64,000 nt of DNA from the human T2T-CHM13v2.0 reference genome, Homo sapiens: assembly GCF_009914755.1 (NCBI RefSeq), contig NC_060928.1; one strand, 5' to 3'. The notes under the pieces are model-generated. The model saw only the letters and a list, made by a program, of their open reading frames with translations. It searched no databases and had not been told where the DNA came from. Of this stretch, positions 13,820-27,195 are shown one piece after another. Position numbers and translations under genes: made by a program. How positions within the stretch are numbered: the stretch's first letter is position 1; each line of letters starts with the position of its first letter.

Positions 13820-14832
13820 CACTGTTCTTTGATACTGTGTTTTCCTGTTGAGAATAATCTGGAGAAGTATTTTGGTGTCTACAGTCTAAAGTCAACCTCT
13901 CTTAGTGGCATTCAAGCTAGTACTTCATTTGGTCTCAAACTAGAATTGCAGCTTTATTTCTATTGAGGAATGTTCTGCCAGAGGCCCAGTGACATTTACA
14001 TCCCAGGCATTTTCACAATGATGTTGGCTTTGATATTGCCCAGCACCAACCTCCTTTGTAACTGTTTTTTGAAAAGAAGAAAGAATTTCTGCTATTTTCT
14101 CAGTCTGAAACAGCCTGCCTCAATTTTCTTTCTCTCTGTAGCACAGTATTTAGAGTATTTTCAGTCCCAGATCAGTTTCTTATCTTTCTTAACACATTAG
14201 TTGTTTCTTTTCTATACTATGAAAACCTTTATTATCATGCCGTTCTTCATTGTATTGCAGTAAAATGTTTATGTATCAATTTCTGCCACTTGATTGTACA
14301 CTTTGCTGTGGCAGAAATTACGTTGTAGTTTCAGTGCTCCTAATATAAAAAATAGAGAATAAATATATACTTCTCTCAAAATTCATAATCATTTTTGGCC
14401 ACAATGCCTTAAGATGCCCTTTCTTCACAAGACAACTGTATTCTCATTTTATCCACGTAGATATTTTAGTCTTTCCCCAAACATAAATCTCCACATATTT
14501 GCATTAATAAAATTGGATCCTTGACAACATTTTCATGACTCTTTTTTCTGTATCCAGAGTCCAACTCCTAATACTCTTGGTCAAGAAATAATTATTAATG
14601 TACTACAAAAATGTTATAAGTTTACATTCAAAATTTTTTAAGTGTGTAGTCAAAATACAGTAAACACCATATGCTGCAAAGAAAAAAAAAACAAGCAAAT
14701 TGCAACATAACATAACTTTGTTCCTGGGCATGTTATATTCCAGGGTAGATAAACAGCACATATAGCCTGAGGATATAATAAGAACTACTTTTAACTTAAG
14801 TCCCTGAACACTTACATTAGTCCAATGGGGAC

Positions 14833-15213
14833 TAATATGGTTAGGCTTTGTGTCCCTACCCAAATCTCATCTTGAATTATAATCCCCATAATCCCCATGT
14901 GTCTAGGGAGAGAGCTGGTGGGAGGTAATTGGATCATGGGGGTGGTTTCCCCCATGCTGTTCTCATGATAGTGCTTTCTCATGAAATCTGATGGTTTTAT
15001 AAGGGTCTCTTCCCCCTTCACTCCTCACTTTGCTCTCTCCTGCCATCACGTGAGAAGGTCTAAGCTTGCTTCACCTTCACCTTCACCTTCTGCCATGATT
15101 GTAAATTTCCTGAGTCCTCCCCAGTCATGCATAACTTAGTCAATTCCTCTTTCCTTAACAAATTACCCAGTCTCGGATATTTGTTTACAACAGTGTGAAA
15201 ACGGATTAATAAA
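14833..15213 (+). mobile_element. THE1D solo LTR (MaLR)
   Basis: Starts taatatggttaggctttgtgtccctacccaaatctcatcttgaattataatccccataatcccc; ends cagtgtgaaaacggattaat. Confidence 0.9.
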
Positions 15214-15693
15214 GACACCCACAAAACTTACTAAGAATCTGTTTTTACATTATGCAGACTATTTCTGGTCTCAAAAGACCTTGTTTATCTTAGTTTTGGT
15301 GTCTGATCTGTATTCCAAAAATGTTGTCCGAACTTTAGAAATTGGAAAGGAGTAGGAAGATTTTATACTTTCTTTCCTTCTCCTCTAGTTTTCATTATTA
15401 TTTTTACTATTTTGGAAAGAATATACAACATAAAATTTATTATCTTAATCATTTTTAGGTGTAAATTATACTAGTGTTAACTATATGAAAATTATTTTGG
15501 AACTGATCTTTAGAAATTTTTCATCTTGAAAAACTGAAACTATAACCATTAAGCAACAAAACAAACAACAACCTTTTCCCCCCCTCCTTCCTTACTCTGG
15601 AAACCATCATTCTAATATCTGTTTCTAAGAACTTATCTACTTTAGATCTCAAATTAGTGGAAAAAGACTGTATTGTGTGTTTGTATGTGTGTT

Positions 15694-15792
15694 GCTCATT
15701 GCAACCCCTGTCTCTCAAGTTCAAGTGACTCTCCTGCCTCAGCCTCCCGAGTAGCTGGGACTACAGGCATGCACTACCACGCCCAGCTAATT

Positions 15793-15826
<34 letters not shown>

Positions 15827-15924
15827 AGTAGAGATGGTGTTTCACCATGTCAGCCAGGATGGTCTTGATCTCTTGACCTCGTGATCCACTCAACTCAGCC
15901 TTCCAAAGTGCTAGGATTACAGGC
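15694..15924 (-). mobile_element. AluSc-like fragment truncated at both ends, T28 middle tract
   Basis: Alu body lacks the poly(A) tail, about 50 nt of the right-arm end and the first ~20 nt. No TSD is visible. Confidence 0.9.
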
Positions 15925-16453
15925 CAAATTTACAAATTTCCTTCTTTAAGGCTGAATAATATTCCATTTTATGTATATACCACATTTTCTGTTACATTCA
16001 TTTTTTGATTGCTAGTTAGGTTACTTCTGCTTCTTGGCTACTTTGAATATTGCTGCAAATATCTCTTCAATATCTTATTTTCAATTATTTTGGTTATATG
16101 CACAGAAGTGGGACTGACTGGTGGATCATATGGTAATTCTACTTTTAATTCTTGAGGTAACTTCAAACTGTTTTCCATAGCAGCTGCACATTTCATATTC
16201 TAACAACAGTGCATAAGTGTTCCAGTTTCTCCACATCCTCTCCAATATGTATTTTTTTATTTTATTTTTGTTTTTGACAGTGGCCACCCTAATAAGTCAT
16301 ATCTCATTGTATTTTTGATTTTCATTTCCCTGGTTATGATTATTAGTGATACTGACATCATTATTATTCTCGTTGACTATTTATATTAATATATCTTCGT
16401 TGGAGAATTGAGTATTCAATTCTTTGGATATTTTTAAATTAAGATATTTGCTA

Positions 16454-16534
16454 TTAGATTGGTGAAAAAGTAATTGCAGTTTTTGCCATTACTTTTAAAT
16501 GATAAACACTGCAATGACTTTTGCATCAACCTAG
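16454..16534. mobile_element. MADE1 (Hsmar1-derived MITE)
   Basis: 81-bp palindromic element ttagattggtgaaaaagtaattgcag...gcaatgacttttgcatcaacctag, flanked by TA dinucleotides (16452-16453, 16535-16536). Confidence 0.92.
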
Positions 16535-19262
16535 TACTTTGTTGTCATTGTTGAATACAAAGAGTTCTTTATATATATCTTGGATTTTAACCCCTGTTCA
16601 GACATATAATTTGCAAATATTTTCTCCCATTCCATATGCCTTTTCTTTGTGATAGCTATTTCCTTTGCCATGCAGAAGTTTTAAAGTTTGAAACAATCTC
16701 ATTTGTCTATTTTTACTTTTGTTGATTGTGCTTTTGGTATTATATTCAATAAATCATTGCCAAATCCAATGCCATAAAGTTTCCCTCTGTTTTCTTCTTA
16801 GAGTTTGAGAATTTCAGGTCTTACTTTTCAATCTTTAATCCATTTTGAATTAATTTTTGTGTATGGTGTGAGGTAAAGGTCCAACTTCATGTTTTTGCAT
16901 GTGAACATCGAATTCCCAACACCATTTGTTGATGAAAAAATTATTTATTCATTGTGTAGTCTTAGAACACTTTCTGATGATTTAACTTTATACACAAGGA
17001 TTCATTACTGTGCTCTTGTTTCTTTTCCATTGCTCTGTATGTCTGTCTTTATGCCAGTAATGCTTTGGTGTGAAAGGATATAGAATTTTATCAAATGTTT
17101 TTTCTACATCAGTTGAGATAATCGTGTGTTTTTTTTCCTTCATTCTCTTAATATGGTATATTTCATTTATTGATTTTACTATGTTGAACTATTCTTCCAT
17201 CCAAGAATAAATCTCATTTCAACATGGTGAATGATTCTTTTAATATGTTTTTGAATTGAGATTACTAGTATCTTGTTGAGGATGTGTGTATTAAATATTC
17301 ATCAGGAATACTGATCTGTCATTTTATTTTCTAGTGGTGCTTTTGTCTGGCTTTAGTATCAGGGTAGTGCTGGCCTTGAAGAAAAACAAAAAGAGTTAGT
17401 TAGTAAGTTAGTTAGTAAGTACTCCCTTCTTGCCAATATTTTGGAGGAGTTTGAGAAGCATTGATATTAATTCTTCTTATGTTTTGTTAGCATTTCCCAG
17501 TGAAGCCATCTCATCCTGGGATTTGCTTTTTGGTAGTTTTTGCTTACTGATTCAATCTCTTTATATGCTATTGGCCTGTTTAGGTTTTCTATTTTTTTCA
17601 TGATTTATTCTTGCTAAGCTGTATGTATCTAGAAATTTACTTCATTGTTCTAGATTATTCAATTTTTTGCATATAATAGTTCATAATATTCTCTTCTGAA
17701 TGTTTTTACTTCTGTGACATCAATTATAATGTCTGTTATTTCATTTCGATTTTGTTATTTTAAACTTCTTTTCATTAATGTAGCTATAGTTTTTTCAGTT
17801 TTGTTGAGCTTTCCATAAATAACAAACCCTTCATTTTGTTGAAATTTTCGTTTGCTCTACTCCTTATTATTTTATTCTTTCTGCTAACCTTGGGTTTAGT
17901 TTGGCTTACTGTTTTTAGTTTCTTTAGGTGTAAAGGTAAGTTGTTGAGATAATTTTTATTTTTAATGTAGGCATTTGCCTCTATAAGCTTCCCTCTTGGT
18001 GTAGCTTTTGCTGAATCCTATGTTTTTGGTATATTTTATTTTTGTTTTATTTGTCTCAATATATTTTCTAATTTTTCTTTTGATTTTTTTTGACGCTTTT
18101 AATGTTCAATAGTGTCTTATTTAATTATGTTTGTAAATTTTCCAGTTTTCCTTTGGCTATTGATTTTAGTTTCATTTCATTGTAATCGGAAAGGATACTT
18201 GGTATGATTTCAATATTTTAAAATTTGTTTAGGCTAGTTTTGTGGCCTAACATGATCACAAAACAAGAATTTCCATGTGTTTAAAAATATGCAATTTACT
18301 GTTGTTGGTTGGAGTATTCGGAATATATCTGTTACATCCAATTGGTTTATGGTGTTATTAAAGTCCTCTCTTTCCTTATTGATCTCATCTGTTTGATATT
18401 CATTGTTGAAAGCAGAGTATTTAAATTTCCTATTATTTTTTGTGTTACTGTTAATTACTTCCTTCATTTCTTTTAATGTTTGCTTCATATATTTGAGTGC
18501 TATACTGTTAAGACCATAGTCATAATTGTTGTATCTTCCTGGTGAACAAATCCTTTTCTCATTATATAATGCCCATTTTTGTTTCTTGTAACTTTCTAAA
18601 CTTAAAGTCTACGTTTTTAACATAGTATAACCACATATTTTGGTTATAATTTGCATGGAATATTATTTTTCATTTTATGTCCTCTTAATAGGGCGTTAAA
18701 TACATTGACATTTAAAATAATAACAAATACAGAAGGATTTATAATTGTCATTTTGGCTATATTATAAGCAATTATAGTTATTTTATTTCTTTTTTCTTCT
18801 CTTGATTTTTCTTCTGTGACTTATTGATTTTTTGTATTTTTTTGTATTCATTAATGTAGTTTTATGGTAACAGATGTAGTTATGTTTATGCCTGTGTCTT
18901 TTAAATTCTACACCTGAATTAAAGGTGGTTTACACACCACCATTATAGTATTTCAAAATTCTGTACTTGTGTATATGTTTATCTTAACTGGGGATCTTTT
19001 TGTATGTTTTTATATTGTTGTACAGCATCCTTTTGTTTCAGCCTAAAGGACTTCCTTTTGCCTCTCTTGTAAGGCAGGCCTAGTGATGATGTTTTCTCAT
19101 AGCCTTTGTTTATCTAGGAAAGACCTTATCTCCCCTTCATTTTGAAGGAGTCTTGCAGGATGTTATTTCCTAGTGGGGTTTTTTCTTTTTTTTTTTTTTC
19201 CCTTGAGTATGTTTGAATATATCATTCTTCTCTCTTTGGGCTTGTAATGTATCATCTGCTAA

Positions 19263-19286
19263 AAATAAATAAATAAATAAATAAAT
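19263..19286. repeat. (AAAT)n microsatellite inside the L1
   Basis: Read directly from the sequence. Confidence 0.9.
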
Positions 19287-21416
19287 CTACCAATAATCCT
19301 CTGGGGGGCGTCTAGTACATAACAAGTTGTGTTTCTCTTGTTGCCTTCAAAATTTTCTTTGTTTTTGAATTTGATGGTTTGGTTATAATGTGTCTCAGTT
19401 TAAAACCTCTTTGAGTTTATTATAGTGGGAGTCATTTGAGCTTCTTAAATTTGGATCCCCATTTTCTTCATCAAATTCGGGAATGTTTCAGTCTTTATTT
19501 CTTCAGATGCCTTGTCTTCTTCTCTTTCTCTTCTCCTGCGACTTCAATAATACGTATATTGTTCTACTTGATGCTGTCTCATAAGTTATTTAGGCTGTCT
19601 TCACTTAATTAAAATTCTGATTTCTTTTAGTTCTTCTAGCTCAATAATTTTAAATAACCTCTCTTTAAGTCTGTTGACAATTTCTTCTACTTGATACAGT
19701 CTGTTGTTAAATCCCTCTAATGAACGTTTATTCTAGTTTTTCTATTTGGCTCTTCTCTTATAGTTTCTCTCTCTTTTTATTACTCATATTTTATTCATGC
19801 ATGGTTTTCCTGATTTTGTTTAGTTGTCTGTTTTGTCTTGTAGTGCATTGAGTTTCTTTAAGATGATTCTTTTGAATTATTTGTCTTGTAATTTCTAGAT
19901 CTCTTTCATGAGAAGGTTGGTTTCTGGGGATTGATTTTTTTGGGTCATGTTTCCTTGTTTCTTCATTTATCTTTTTGTTTTTGTCTCAGAACCTCTTAAA
20001 CCTTTTCTGAGGTGTGTCTTCTCTGAGCTCGTGAATATACTTTCCCAGGAAGATTGGTTTGCTTGTTTCTTATTCAGTAAATTGTAGTCTCTTGCTACCT
20101 TTGGTGTCTGCCTGAAGTACTGCAGGTTCACTGTACTGGCTTGGAGGAGTAGGTATTATGGTAGAAATAAAATGGTTTTTGTTACTTATTTCTTCAATTC
20201 ACTTATTCTTGGCTTTGAGCTTGACTGGAGTACTGTGACTTTCTAACTGTTTTCTGAAGTTTGCATAAAGGCTTGTTGTTGATCATAGTTTCTTATGTTG
20301 CTGTTTCTATGAGTAAAGATCACCTGTGGCTTCTTTGCCATCTTGCTGATGTCACGAAGGTATACAGGTTTTTATCCCAAGTGAATATGGTTAGGACAAA
20401 GGGACAAAAAGATCTGTTTTCTCTTGTGAGTTAACTGTTCTAAAGGCAGAATGGCAAACTGTGAATAGAATAGAATGATAGCAATCCATTTCCAAATGCA
20501 AAATAGTGGCAATGATGCCAGTGTTATACATTAAAGTAATAAATGCTGTATTTATGACTTATTTACTGTTTGATATTAATGTCCACTAAGGGGACTAAGC
20601 TGATAATATATTAATATAAACAAATTAAAACAAGGTTTTCTCTTCATCAGTCTCAGTAGATCCCCTTTGATCTTTTATAATTCTCCATGTGATGACCTCA
20701 CTCAGGTTCTGATGCTGCCTTTCTTTACTGGAATATCAAATTATTATTCTGCTGCTGCCTTCTATCCATCACAGCCATTGCACAAAAAATCCAGAGAACT
20801 ATGCTATCTGAAATGAGATATAGGATTGGCATAATAAGTTTTTCTTTGTTAATGATTCAAGAAGTTTTGTAACATTAACATTACTGTTTAAATAGTATCT
20901 CCAAATTAAAATTCTGATGTATTCTCAAATTAAGTTCCAGGTTTTTACCTGCTCTGGAGGATGAAGAAAGATTAGAATATGTTGTTCTCTAGCTCTAGTT
21001 CTGATTTGCAGGTCTGCAATTTCTTAGCTTTCTCTCATATTTTTGGCTGCCCTTTCATCATCACCTTCACTTAACTCTCTTTCCCTTACCTACACTCTAT
21101 TGGGCTTGTAAACAAAATTATATCTAATGCATAGGTTTATATAGATTACATATAAACATATGTGTATGTGCATAGATAGATATAGAGGGTCATAATTTAT
21201 ATTTATGTTTACCTTGTATATATTTCCACAGTGATTTTCTTCATATTTGCATAGTTTTAAAATTTTAAATTCCAAAAATAGGGTATGAGATAAGCTTTTT
21301 CTTTAAGGTTGATTGATATTTGACCAGGATTGTTATTATTCACCATTCCAATAGGTTTAATAAGTTATGTTGTTCCTTTCTCAACGTAAAGAAAGAATGC
21401 ACATTTATAATACATT

Positions 21417-22023
21417 TGTGGTTGTCATGTTTCTAGGATGGCTACAAAGAGTCCCATATGTTGATATACATAACTTGTCTAATTTTTATGGATATGAATG
21501 AAACCTGTGTATGTGTGACAATGTTATCCTATTGGTAAAGAGATTCTTTTTGTAGAAATAATTAACTTTAGGGGTTTTTGCAGGTGTCATAAATGTCCTT
21601 AATCAATTGACATCAGTGAAGGAGATTATTTGAGTGAGATTTCTATAGGAGGGGACCTTGTAAAAGGGAGAGCCTAAAGCCAGAGATGCTCTCTACTTGG
21701 CATTGAATACATATGTCACAAGGCAAAAACCAGAGGACAACCTGTAAGAGGTAAAAATGGACCCAATTGACAGCAAGAAAATAGGGACTACCTGCAAGGA
21801 ACTGAATTTTTATAAATGACCTGAATCATCTTGAAAGAGGACTCTAAACTCCAAATAGAAGCTGTAGCTCAGCTAACACATTGATTACAGCCTGTGAGTA
21901 CCTAAGCAGAGGACTCATCTGACATATATCTGCAGTCTTGACCCATGGAACCCATGAGATAATAAAGGTTGTATTAAGTTGCTAAGTTTGTTATAATTTG
22001 CTATGCAGCTAAAAAAATCAATG
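21417..22023 (+). mobile_element. MLT1E-like MaLR LTR
   Basis: caaggaactgaatt, gagataataaaggttgtattaagttgctaagtttg...tttgctatgcagc at the 3' end. Confidence 0.7.
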
Positions 22024-22033
22024 ATTTTTAAAG

Positions 22034-22034
<1 letters not shown>

Positions 22035-22076
<42 letters not shown>
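22035..22076. repeat. (TA)21 microsatellite
   Basis: Read directly from the sequence. Confidence 0.97.
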
Positions 22077-22079
<3 letters not shown>

Positions 22080-23800
22080 CTCCTTCTGTGGATTACCAGC
22101 TGAAATCTTTTGCTCATGTTTTTGTTGTGTTCACCTTTTATAGAAGTTCTTTATATATTTCCAGTATTCATCTTTTGCCTGTTTTATAGAATGTAAGTTA
22201 CTTCTTTGCATATTTTATTTTAATAATGGTGCAATTTCATACAGATTTTTAATCATGTTGATACAATTGAGCTATTAAACTTTTACATGATTTCTGTTTC
22301 TTGATTTGGCTTATGAAACTATTCTCTACAAGGCCAAAATACACCTCTAAAAAAGAATAGCACGAACATAATGTGTATCAGCAAAACAAACTACCAAACA
22401 TTCTGTATTGATTGATTCATTGTACATAAGTTTCAAAAAGAGAAGCTACTGCTGTGTGTTAGAAACCAAAATTTGTGTGACCTATGGGGTAGTCACACAT
22501 CCTATCTCACTAGAGTGGGATGGGAAATAAAGAAAGGGCACTCTATTATGCTAGTATGCTGTATAACTTGATCTAGTGTTGGTTTCAAAGATGTATTTAC
22601 ATTGTAAAAATTTAGTAAGTTGTACCCTGACAATATGTGTACTTTTCAGTATGCTTGCCCCTAATAGCCATAGCCTGTTTTATCACTGCCATATAGCATA
22701 CATACCATCATATGAGTATACTACAAAATATCAATCCAGTTTACTGTTGATTGGTATTTACGTTGTTTTGATGATTAAAAATAATGCTATTGGGCCAGGC
22801 ATGGTGGCTCACACCTGTAATCCCAGCACTTTGGGAGGCTGAGGCTGGTGGATTGCTTGTGCCCAGGAGTTTGAGACCAGCCTGGGCAATATAGTGAAAC
22901 CCTGTCTCTACTAAAATATACAAAAATTAGCCAGGTGTGGTGGCATATGCCTTTAGTCCCAGCTGATTGGGAGGCTGAGGTGGGAGTATCACTTAAGCCA
23001 GGAGGTTAAGACTGCAGTGAGCTGTGATCCTACCACTGCAGTCCACACTGGGCAACAGAGCAAGACCATCTCTCAAAAAAAAAATAGTGTATTATAAACA
23101 TTTTTGTATATGTCATTGGTCAAGCTATACAAGCTATATAAGTATTTCTTCCATTTAGCTATCTAGTAGTTTAACTGTTGAGTTGCAAGATTTGCTGTTG
23201 TTCACCTTTAAGTGATATTGGCAAAAGACTTTTCAAGGTGGAAATTGGCAGACCAAGAAGCAACATATAAGCACATCAGATACTCCACATTTTACAAATA
23301 GTGTCATTTTCATTTTAGCCATTGAACGAGAAAGTACACAGTTGTATCCCATTGTGATTTCAATGTACATTTCCATAATGAAATGTTGAGTAACTTTTAA
23401 TCTGGCATTTGCATATGTTTCTTTGTGAGGTGCTTGTTCATAGCTATTATCATAATCTGTTAGATGTTGTTATCAGTTGTTGATTTGTAGAAACTATTAT
23501 GAATATAGGTCTTTGTCAAGCATGCATTTTCTTCTCCTACACTGGGACTTGTCTTTGTAATTCCCTTCATAGTGACTTTTGATGAGCACAAGTTCTTATT
23601 TTATTCCAATGAGTAATTATTTTTTTCTTTGCTTTTCTTTGTGTGCCTTATGTCAAATGTTCTTCTCACTTTGAATAGTGCTATATTTCTTATTGTTTAG
23701 TATGGAACTGGAAAACATGTATAATAGTATTGTGTTTGATAGCAAGAGCTCAGTGTATTTAACTATCTGCAAATGAATCCTACTTTTCCTACTTGTCAGC
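22080..23800. mobile_element. Highly decayed L1ME-type fragments (mostly minus strand, with a plus-strand 3' end at ~22370-22650)
   Basis: Old-L1 motifs, e.g. agaagttctttatatattttccag and cccattgtgatttcaatgtacatttcc. Interrupted by an AluJ. Confidence 0.55.
22793..23084 (+). mobile_element. AluJb
   Basis: Full Alu with J diagnostics. Decayed TSD aaaaataatgctatt / aaaaatagtgtatt. Confidence 0.92.
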
Positions 23801-23817
23801 GATATTATTTTGGGGGT

Positions 23818-24029
23818 TATCTTAGTCCACTTTGTGTTGCTATAAAGAAATAACTGAGGCTGAATAATTTATAATGAAAACAAAGTTCATTTTGTTCACG
23901 ATTTTGGTGGCTGGAAAGTTCAGGATTGGCATCTGCATCTGCTGAAGGTCTCGAGCTGCTTTCACTTATGGTGGAAGGTGAAGAGGAGCAGGCTATGGAG
24001 GGATCACAGAGTGAAGGAGGATGCAAGAG

Positions 24030-24075
<46 letters not shown>

Positions 24076-24284
24076 CAGTGGAGGGTAGAGTCAGGCTTTT
24101 TTTAACAACCAACTCCCATGGAAACTAATAGAATAAGAAGTACTCCCTCCCAGTGAAAAACATTAATATATTCATGGGGGAATCACACATATGACACAAA
24201 CCCCTCTCATTAGACCCCACCTCCAACATTGGGGATCAAATTTTAACATGAGTTTTGGGTGAAACAAACATACAAATCATAGCA
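23818..24284 (-). mobile_element. MSTB-type MaLR solo LTR
   Basis: tatcttagtccactttgtgttgctataaagaaata...ccccacctccaacattggggatcaaattttaacatgag...aaatcatagca. Confidence 0.88.
24032..24074. repeat. (GT)21 microsatellite inside the MST LTR
   Basis: Read directly from the sequence. Confidence 0.96.
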
Positions 24285-24339
24285 GGAAATTCATTTATCC
24301 TTTCAACATGAATCGTCTGAAAAAAATTACCAACATATC

Positions 24340-24430
24340 TCATATAATAGCTATGAGAATTAAATGAAACAATATACATAGAAGCCATGAAACAATGCCT
24401 GGCATATAGAAAAACTGCACAATAAATTTA
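24340..24430 (+). mobile_element. MIR 3' fragment
   Basis: tatgagaattaaatgaaacaat...aacaatgcctggcatatag...caataaat. Confidence 0.65.
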
Positions 24431-24949
24431 AATCTAAATGTATAGTAACAAAATGTATAGTTTTTGTTAATTCTATGTCTACAGAATAATACATAAAAGC
24501 TTATGAAAATTAGTGTTAATTGTCAAAAATAGTAGAGATTTTTCTGACTTAATTTTCAACAATTATGTTAAAATTCTTGCTTATTGAAAATAAAACATAG
24601 ATGATGAGTGAAGAAAACACATGCATCCATCCAGACACTTAGCTGCAGGCAACAGAATCTTAATCTGGATAATTTAAGCAGGAGGGAATTTTTAAAAACA
24701 CGTTTGGTGAGTTTATGTCATTGGTATAGATGAACAACCTGATAAAGAGCTACACTATCAGGCATAACAGCCAACTCCATTCTGCAGAATGTTGCTGCGG
24801 CTGAGGGCTCCACTGCCTCCAATCCTCCCTCTACATATAAAATGTGCATTTCTGCTAGTGCTTTGGAGAACTGAATCTTGCTGCACCTCCTACTATTTTG
24901 GGAGAGAGAAATTACCACAGGGCCTGCATCTTCAGATCACTTACTTCCA

Positions 24950-25360
24950 AATATCTGTTACCCTCTTTGTCTGGTTCTTTTCTGCTCTTGTATAATAAAG
25001 CCAGTTGTCACATTGTAAGCTGCCCTATGGAGAGTCCCATGTGGCAAGGGACTGAGGACAACCTCCACCCAACAGGCACTGAGAACCCGAGTGCCCTCAT
25101 CTAACAACCTGTGAGGAACTCAATCCTGCCAAAAGGCACTTGGGTAAATTTAGAAGTGGATTCTTTCACACTTGAGCCTTGAAATGATTGCAGCCCCTGC
25201 TGACAACTTGACTACAATCTTATGAGAGGTATTGAGCCAGAGAAACAAGATCTTCAATGCCTAGATTTCTGAACCATAGAAACTTTGAGATAATAAATAT
25301 TTGTTTTTTTAAGTCTCTAAGTTTTATGTTAATTTTTATGTAGCAATAGATTACTAATAG
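24950..25360 (+). mobile_element. MLT1F-type LTR (partial)
   Basis: gctgccctatggagagtcccatgtggcaagggactgagg...gaggaactcaatcctgcc...gtagcaatagattactaata. Confidence 0.8.
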
Positions 25361-26626
25361 AGTGTCTATAGGTAATTTCAATATTTTCTGATAATGAGTA
25401 TTAAAAATAATGAAAACCAATATTAACCATTATTATTATTAACCAAATAAAATCCATTAATTAGGATACTCAAATAAGTGGATTGATTTTTTCCCAGAAT
25501 TTTGCTTTATATCTTCTCTAATGAAAATATGTTAAGAAAAAGAACAATATCAGGGTATATATTAGTGTTAAGGTTTTAGTGATGATGATGATTATTAAGA
25601 TTTCTATGTTCAAGTACATGTTAACCATTGATATAAAAAAGATAAATCTTGAATTTTAAGAGTCTGTTAACTAAAGAGTAAAATTCATGTTCAGAGAGTC
25701 ACACGTTTCTGGAGTGATAAAAAATGTTAATTAATATTTACAGAATAAATGGAAGACTAATTTTCTTCAGGTTAATATCTTTTAAGAAAGAAAAAGGATA
25801 AATTATACAACGATCAAAAGTATGGATCAAGAAACATAGTTTCTGTTTTGTTTTAAGTGAAATTTCACCTTCATTTAGCCATCATAATTAATTAATCCTA
25901 ACAAAATTTATCCACTTAATCAAAACAAAATAATTTGGTCACTGCAATTAATTTTAAAAAATCCTCTGTTACATAACACTATTTTTCTTTGTTGTTGTTG
26001 TTCAAATTAGCACATTTTTTTCACATTAACATTTGAAAGAGGCAAATCTAACCAAAGGAAATAAAAATATTCACCAAAATTGCTAATATCACTGCTGCTT
26101 TAAAAAACCACAACAGTCATTGAATTATTTTCTTCTTTTTATCATTGTTTTTTTCAATATAAAAAGAATCACTTTAGACAAAAGACAGAGACCATAAAGG
26201 CAATTCGTCTTCAAAAGTAACACTTTCTACATCAACTACCAAAAAAATGACATTTATGAAATGTTAAAGTTGAATTTTAACTCTCAGAAATCATGGACTT
26301 CCAAGTAATATTACACAAAGCAATGTTAACAGTATTTACTGATATGCAGAATAAGCTTCATAATGTCTATTAAGAAACAGTTTACTAAAAAATTGCTTCT
26401 TGATTAATATTATAGTATTTTTAACTTTGTATTCACAAATTAGAATATTTTCTTCAGCACTTTTATTATGAAAAATAAAAAGGTTAGCTATTTCAAGCTT
26501 ATAGTCTTCTGTGTCCTTTTATTAAAAGGCCATTGTACCTAGGAAAAGTAACAAAATTCTTGATAAAACAACATACATAAGGCTATTATAGCCCAAATCT
26601 AGTACCTTTAAAAAATTTATCATTTA

Positions 26627-26943
<317 letters not shown>

Positions 26944-27195
26944 TTAATATGACTTTTACATTTAATGTTAAGGTGGCCAATTTTGTTGTTAACTTATAGA
27001 CTGGAGACATTTAAAAGGATATATATTGACATGACAATGAAGTGAAACAGTAATAAATAAAAATGATTTATTTATTTATTAAACAGCTCCACATTTACAC
27101 CAAATCTGGTGCTATTTGGTGATACATGCTGAGGTAGAGATGAACCATGGCTTCTAGGCTTAAAGGTTTCACTCTGAGTCCATACATTTCAGCAA

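Larger units (their letters stand above)
15393..20355 (-). mobile_element. Ancient L1M (L1MA9/L1MB-like), near full-length with internal deletions
   Basis: Order on the minus strand: 3' UTR at ~15.4 kb, ORF2 remnants, endonuclease remnant in ORF 18234..18488 (KEREDFNNTINQLDVTDIFRILQPTT), ORF1-like region at ~19-19.9 kb, and a 5'-end motif gccatcttgctgatgtcac. Confidence 0.82.

Noticed and set aside
18234-18488. ORF with endonuclease-like residues
   Set aside because: It is a decayed L1 ORF2 endonuclease remnant with the GDFN motif lost, already counted within the L1M.
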